A DNA stretch of 57,154 bases, the filler included, from Basidioascus undulatus (taxonomy: Eukaryota): NCBI GenBank assembly GCA_000826855.1. It is 5 parts of 5 records of this genome, joined end to end, with 100 filler letters (N's around TTAATTAATTAA, not from the genome) between each part and the next. Parts side by side here need not be neighbours in the genome. Positions count along the whole stretch, not along the records: positions 45,809 to 57,154 come from JTLS01001020.1; 4 more parts are not named here. One strand, written 5' to 3'. Position numbers and translations under genes: made by a program. The notes below the pieces were generated by a model. The model was not told the DNA's origin. It did no database searches and saw nothing but the letters and a program-made list of their open reading frames with translations. The first letter of the stretch is position 1. The number at the start of each line of letters is the position of its first letter. Of the stretch, positions 50,511 to 57,154 are shown piece by piece.

Positions 50511-52493
50511 TGGTAGGTTCGGGCGGGTAGGACCCTATGCTCGTACCTCAGGAAATCGGGCTGAGCGAAGTTCTAAAGGTTGCGAGGCAACTAACTTCCG
50601 TGACTGTGCGCTTCGAATTCGGTGGGTCAGCCTTCACTTCCAGCACGCCAGGCCTGCAACGATCCCTTCCTCGTATTCAATTACAATAACAGCAAACTGA
50701 TTTCAAAGAACCTGTCAAGGAGCGGGAATGCTCTCTGGAAGCACTGACTGCACACAACGTGCCGCTGTCGGCATAAAGATGGTACACAGCAGAAAAAGAC
50801 AGACCTAGATGTCACACTTGACTTATAAGGGAGGATCCATGACAGCCCGCTACGCCCTCTGTGGAAGTGAGCAACAGCGATGCAAAAGCGACGCGAGCGA
50901 TGACTCTGCGAAGTCTTCAACGTTGAACAGTGTGGATAACGAACCTTAGGACTACTCAATGACAGGGACAAAACCAGCTATCCTCAGGACGACTTTTTAG
51001 TTCCAAAAGAAAGGGGAGGGTAGTCGAAGACTACTCAACTTTGCATTGTGATGCTTGGTGCAGCCTGAGCGCCTTCCTCTGCTGCTGCACGACCTCCGTA
51101 CAGAAGACGGGTCAACGGCATAAATAGCAAGCGTTTTTGACCCAACTGAGCTCTATTATGCCTCCATGTACTTGGGCGAAGATGCATTCAAGTACTGTGC
51201 ACCATCGAGACAGCGACATCCGACCAGCTTTCAGTGTCGAGTTCGCCGAAGCTCTACAAGGTGCTGGGAAGAAATGCGAAGCACCTCTACAGTGACTTAT
51301 TCCGTACCCAATTTGGGAGGACTCGAGTGGTCGACCAGTATCCGGACGACAAGTCAAAAGCTTCACGGCGAAAGGTTACCGCGGAGTCGCGGTCGCAGTC
51401 GCCCAGCACTCTGCACTCCAAACAGCTTGTCTATGGCTGCCTAAATCAACGTTCAATCGGACTGAATGCTTAAGAAACATTATAAACCTGTTGCTCTTCA
51501 AGCGTCTTCAAAGGAAGTAGACTCGACACAATCAAGAGCACAACTGCAGCACAACGTTGACCTTCAAGCTTCACTGTTCACAGCGGGCCGTCCCAATCTC
51601 CGCCGCCTTTCCTCAACCAGTACATATCATAGACCCGTCGCGGACGGACCACAGTGCGGGACGGCACGTTCCACCCATGTGGATTGGTTCCCGAAGCACC
51701 GCCCCGTCGTTCGGTGTCCTCCGCCATCAAGGCGCTCAGCTTCTTGCGTCTTCTCGCAGCCCTCCACAAAACCAGCCTAGCAGCGCAGACCACAATGCAG
51801 ACAAGCGGACGAAAGTGATACTATACAAATGTAATGGATGCGAGGTGGAACAAAGCGGGGTCTGTACAAATTAATACAACGCGCGAGAACAAGGGAGCAA
51901 GAACGGACAGACGTAAGGGACCGAAACGGCAACGGGACGGGGACGAAAGGAAAGCGGGTCGAAGCGAAGCGCTATAAGGAGGGCGAATCGAAGCGGGTCA
52001 AGCACAGGTTGGGGGTACAATCAGACAGACGGAGACGGGGGCAGGAGGCGTGGACGGCACGATGCGGAGAGTTGGAGGGAAACAAGCATGGGAGGATCAA
52101 GGATGGGGTGGGAGAACGTGGGACGTGGAGAACAAGCACAATAGAGCGCGACTGGACTGGATGGGCTAGTAGTACACTGGGCGGAAAGCAATGACAGAGA
52201 AGACGAGGCGATTGGGCATAGGGGCGGGTGGACGGGGAGCAATGTGTGTCGTGCGTGGTGGGAGGGGCAGCAACGGGTCGTGGGGATCGCGCAAGTGGAA
52301 ATGGAAATCGAAGTAGCAACATGGTGACCAAGAAAGAGGAAGAAATCGAACGGTTCATGCGACAGCGAAAGCAGGGGCTAAAAATGGACCAGCATAGATA
52401 TGGGTGAGAGATCCGGCGGGGACAGGCGTCCAACGGACGCGCAGCCGATCCGGGTGTGCGCGACGATGCGCAGCCAGCGCTGCAGTGGAGCGC

Positions 52494-54002
52494 TCAGTAT
52501 CCGTTCGCCTCGTACACGGGCGCGAGGCCTTGCACAAGGCGCTTGGCGAGGTGCGGTTCTTCGGCGGCGTACGCGTCCGCGCCGCTAGACGGGTTGAGCA
52601 TGTCGGCGACTGCGATGCTCGGGCGGAGGGTCGCGGGGGCGCCGGACGGGGGCGTGTGCAGCTGCGCCGACTCGTCCGAGCACGGGCTCCACTCGCGGCT
52701 GCCGCGCCGGAGGTCGGGGAGGGGCACGGGGAGCGCGGACGGGCTGGGCTCGGAGCGCGCGTACGAGTCTGGGTAGGAGCGCGCCGAGACGGACGAGCGC
52801 CGATGGTAGGTGTAGACGGTGGTCGTGTAGGAGGTCGGGCTGGGCGGGTAGCGGAAGAGGGTGGACGAGGCGAGGGAGGGCGGGGAGTAGTACGAGTTCG
52901 TCGCGAGCGGCTCCTCGTCCTCGTCCTCGGACCCGGCGTCGGATGATGCACACGAGGAGCACGACGACGCATCGTACTCGCGCTCGCTGGGCGTCGTCGC
53001 AGAGCCGGCGGTGCTGGGCGGAGGAGGGGGCGCCTTGAATAGCGTGGACGCGGCAATCATCGCGGGCGTCGTAGGAGGAGGGAAGATGGGTGCAGTGGGG
53101 GACACAACCGACTCGCGACGCGCACGCTTGGTAGGCGATGCAGCCGCCGCGGTAGCGGCCTCGTCGTCCCCGACAGTCTCCACGTCGACATGCCCCTCCT
53201 CGTCGTCCACCTCGCCATCGCCCTCACCGTCACCGTCGTTCTCCGTGCTCGGTCGACGACCGCCGCGCACACGCTTGGGTGCGTTGCGCTTCAGCTTCGC
53301 GAGGTCGTCGGCGGTAGAGCCGCGGCAGATGGTCGGATGGTACCAGGTAGACGGCATCATCCGGTTGGCCTGACCGGGGCGGTTGCGCTTGACGGTGGAG
53401 GTACGAGAGAAGCCATAGATCTGTGGGAGATGCGCAGTGTTAGTTACATCGAGATGAGATAGAAAGGCAGGCGCGAGCAACGCACGTTCATCTGCCGCTG
53501 GAACGTGGGGTACGAGGAAGAACGCCAGATAGTGCCCATGATCTTCTCGAGCTGTGAGTGACGAACGCGTTACGAATCCGGATAATTCAACATTAATATA
53601 CAATCCCAACGTACCTCGGCGGGCTGGATAGATAGGAGGCGGCGAGGCACAAAGGGAGGGGAGGCGCGTGTGGGTCAGCGAACGGGACGTGCTGCGGCGA
53701 GGCGATAACGGGGGGGCATGGCGTCAACGCGTCTACTCACGTCGTGGATGTACACCATCTTGCCGTCCTCGCTCCAGCTAATAACGTGCGCGTACTTGTT
53801 CTGCTCGAGCATGCTGCAATTGCCCATCCGGTCGTTAGTGGGTGCTGCCCGTCCAAGCCGCACACGTGCGAGCACAGCCATGGACTCACTGGAACAGCTT
53901 GTCGGGGAAGCGACCGCCCGCGTCGGCGCCCTTGGAAGGGCTCGGCGCGCTTTGCGGCCTGTAGGAGGTGGATGCCTCGGGCGCGGGCGAGGAGGTCGTC
54001 AT
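52494..54002 (-). CDS. HSF-type DNA-binding domain transcription factor
   Basis: GRFPDKLF|SMLEQNKYAHVISWSEDGKMVYIHD|PAE|LEKIMGTIWRSSSYPTFQRQMN|IYGFSR...WYHPTICRG..DLAKLKR, followed by a Ser/Pro-rich disordered C-terminus. Confidence 0.88.
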
Positions 54003-57000
54003 GGCGGTGGTGGGTGTGGGTCGGGGAAGGTGGGTGGGTGGGCGAGCGGGCGCTGCGGGTGGAGATAGGGGGCTGGTGGGGTCGTTGCGTCGAGTGCGAA
54101 TAATGGACTAGGTCGTGCTGGTGTCGTGCAGGGGTGTCGGAATGTTGGCTCGTAAATGGGGTGTGTGGGTCTAGAGTGCAAGGGGGGCGGGATGCGTGCG
54201 GCGGGGGTTGTGATGGTCGGAAGGCAAGGCGGGAGGCTCAAGGGGGAAGACAGTGCAGCTCGGTGGAGAGCCTCAGCGCGTGCAGCCTTCCGGCCCGCCC
54301 GCCAGTCGCCCGCCTCACTCAATCTCGGCACCGTGGACCGCCTCAAGCGCTGACTCGCCCCGCGCAGCGTCACTACCTAATTGATTTGGTTCCAATATTC
54401 GTGCAGAACACCACCAAACTAAAGAAAATATCCTTATCTCACTTACACAACGCGGCGCTGTTTGGCCTGCGTAGCTAAGTCGAAGGCGAGCGCGATTAGG
54501 CCACGTCGCGTGACACTGACGGGAGACGCGACAGTCGCGGGCAATCGCAATCACATGCCATGCTTTGTTACTTTGATCGACGCACCCCAATTCTCGCCCG
54601 TCGCCCGCCCCCAGTCCAGTCTGCGTTCCTTCAACATGAGGCATGAATGTCGCGATCTCAGCAGCATCTTGCCACTCGCTCGCCATTCGCAGCCCCCGAA
54701 TGTAAATCCGTCGAGAGGCTTCGGGTCGCTGCCAAGGTTCGAATCCGCCGCCTTCTTCCTTTGTCCACGTAACGCACGTGCCGTTTGGCCCGCGTCTATC
54801 GGAGAGATGATGTAATTTCGAGATACGAGCTCAAGCTCGTGTCTTCGCGACTGCTCCTTCTCGCCTTCCAACTCGCCAGTCATAATGATCTGATGGCTGA
54901 ACTGGGCTGACTGTTAACATCAAGGAAGGGGCTGTGAATGCGGAGATGGTTTAAGCTGAGTTTTTCGGCCGGCGCGAGGCTGCTCCTCAGTGCGCATGGC
55001 GAGGGTCAACCTCAGTCCAACCTCCGCACAATGTTCTCGCTTGGAAAGAGCGTCAACGCACGCCCGCACGCTCCCAACGCAGGTGCGAGTAAGGCTCACA
55101 TGGTACGCACTAAGTTGGGATCGCTAGTCCACCATGTAGTGTCCCAAGCAACCCAGTCAGGAGCCTCGTTACCGTTGCATCAGAGCACGCTTGTCTTCCA
55201 CCAATGCGCTGCCATTCAGCTCGACAGCGCCGCCAGTTTGTGTTGGATTTATTGAAATGAAGATCTAGAGACAGGAGTCCAGATATCCGCATACGCACGG
55301 GGAAGAACACTAGTAAATCTGCAAGGCAGCAGCTGCGCACTCAGCACTCAGCAGAAGACGAGCAGCATCCAGGCGGCCCGTTTCACCTGCGCTGACCCCT
55401 TCCCCATCGTTTCCACTTACTTCGAATGATATTGTATGTACCTTTTGAACCCGGGCTGTATTGTTGAAGGCGTAATAGGCGCAAGAAGAGCTGCACTGAG
55501 CTTTGCTGTGTCGCTGCGCTGAAGCAGACGGAAGGTCAGGCTCGGTCTGAACGCATCTGTCGAAACCAAGAATTTTAATTTGGTGTAGAAACTTGAGCTT
55601 ATCCTGCTACCTCCTGTTGCCAACCGTCCAGGAGCACAATCGAGCAGTAAAAGCAAGCATTGATCAGCACTCCTTCCCCGGCCCTAGATCCCGTCGAGCC
55701 GATCCTGGTTGCGCCAAAGACATCCCGGAGCTCCCAGTCCCTCTTTCCTTTCAAAAGCCGGTTCCAACAACCCCAACCATCCCAGGACCTGTCTATGAAG
55801 GTCTTTCCTCGCCTGTTCCCTCATTCCCCTACACGCGCTCCCGCCCATGCGCTTCTAGCTCCTTGTTAAACGCCCTCAGACCTTGGAAATCGGTCCTAAA
55901 ATAGTCAAAAGAGTTCATATCAGGATAAAACATGGTTGTTGTTGATTGAGGGGCACTCACTCTCCCGGACACATCCCGCAAAACAAACAGCGCACGAATG
56001 CCTCGAAGTTCTCCCAAAGGCGTGAGGGCGCGGGGTACGATATGTGGTGCGGCATGTGAAGACGTAGCGGGGGTTAGTCTGTGCCTGGGTATGCCTGAAT
56101 ACCTCCGGCGGAGGAATAGTGAAGAGTGAAAGGGTCGAAGGATGCAGATGAGCAGTTCGAGAGGGCAGAACGCTCGGTTGGCATTCGTGCACTGCAGACC
56201 GCGTGCCGCTAGACCTCGTGCCACCAGTGCCAATGGCGCGGTTGTTTGCGACGGGAGCTACAAAGGGTGTAAAGAGACTGCAGAAGTTTCCTGTTCATTT
56301 TTGTTTATTTTGGCTGAAGGCTTCGGTGTAGGAGGTGCGGGCGGACGGCGACTTGCACGCGGGGAACTTCGCTGTGGAACTCGGTGATGCATCCCTCGAC
56401 AGCCTTTGCATGTGAAGCTCCATCTGAATGGAAATAAAGATAAACAGATTTGTTTCCCTCCAGGAAGGTGTAATTCGTGGATTGAGTGGAAAGAGGAGAG
56501 GCGTCCCTCGAACGCTTATAGAGAAAGCACACCTAGGTAATCACTGATGGTCCGCAATCCGAAACTCCGCTTTCTCGGCTCTGATGTCCAAACGCAAGAG
56601 GTGAGGCCTGGTGAGGCCGAGCGAAGCAAAGGAATACGCTCGTTGACGGCGGCGACGCTACCTCCACCACCACATCGGCGAAACGAACCAGAAGACGACC
56701 GGCCAGCAGGCCAGCGACACTCCACGCGAACGCTTGTGATTCGGTACACAAGGATGTATAAAGAACTTACAGACACAAAGCGGGGAGGCTGGCGTTGGCT
56801 GGATCTGGCGTGACCAGCGGCAGAGAAGACGTCTACGTCACCGGCCCGCCACGCGCTTATCGATCAAGAGCCTCCGCCCTCTCCTTGCCGTCGGCGGGCG
56901 GGCAGGTTGACAATAAACTCACTGTATATCAGGAAAAGAAGGCCCAGGCCGCCAGGCCAGGTCAGGGAGGTCGGGCTCCGCCTTAGCATGCAAAAAAGTT

Positions 57001-57030
57001 GACAGGCTGTTCAGGCTGTTGTCTGTCCAT

Positions 57031-57111
57031 CGCCCAGTGCGGGGCTCGAACCCGCAGCCTTGAGATTGACTACGTAAAAGTCTCACGCTCTTCCAATTGA
57101 GCTAACCGGGC
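57031..57111 (-). tRNA. tRNA-Lys(TTT) with an ~8-nt intron at 37/38
   Basis: GCCCGGT-TA-GCTC-AATTGGAA-GAGC-G-TGAGA-CT-TTT-A-[CGTAGTCA]-A-TCTCA-AGGCT-GCGGG-TTCGAGC-CCCGC-ACTGGGC-G; all stems pair. Confidence 0.95.
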
Positions 57112-57154
57112 TGTGCGAATGAAGGTAAAACGGTCCCCCGAGTCAGGCAGCAAG

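Noticed and set aside
54736..54746. Perfect B-box GGTTCGAATCC
   Set aside because: No T-stem, acceptor stem or A-box can be folded around it. At most it is an isolated TFIIIC site and may be chance.
55600..56500. Minus-strand coding-like fragments (e.g. DYFRTDFQGLRAFNKELEAHG)
   Set aside because: Insufficient evidence for a gene model or a family assignment.

Overview
Eukaryotic, intron-rich, GC-rich fungal DNA. GTRAGT/GTGCGT donors, GCTGAC-type branch sites and gene content point to a basidiomycete yeast, most likely Pucciniomycotina/Sporidiobolales (inference). The window is not one locus. It is five unlinked contigs sorted by length (11356, 11353, 11352, 11347 and 11346 bp), joined by artificial 100-bp N44-TTAATTAATTAA-N44 spacers. 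Contig 1: a degenerate ~160-bp tandem array, an MFS siderophore-iron transporter with an upstream ATCAGATAA GATA site, a short Zn2Cys6 factor and the 3' end of a PEHK-repeat protein. Contig 2: an expansin-like pseudogene, a ZC4H2-like coiled-coil gene, a ZIP zinc transporter and the 3' end of a coiled-coil (kinesin-4-like tail) gene. Contig 3: a small secreted peptide, tropomyosin, a CpG-depleted block next to a permuted pair of tRNA-Arg-like halves, tRNA-Gly(CCC) and a Gln-rich ARID gene. Contig 4: NUDT21/CFIm25, a hypothetical membrane protein, a glycosyltransferase and a metallo-beta-lactamase-fold gene. Contig 5: divergent TSR2 and GRC3, an F-box-like gene, an HSF-domain factor and tRNA-Lys(TTT). 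The most unusual signals are the permuted (3' half before 5' half) tRNA at ~27474-27549 and the hairpin-bearing degenerate repeat array at ~786-1960. All gene models were spliced by eye; CDS coordinates are outer gene bounds including introns.
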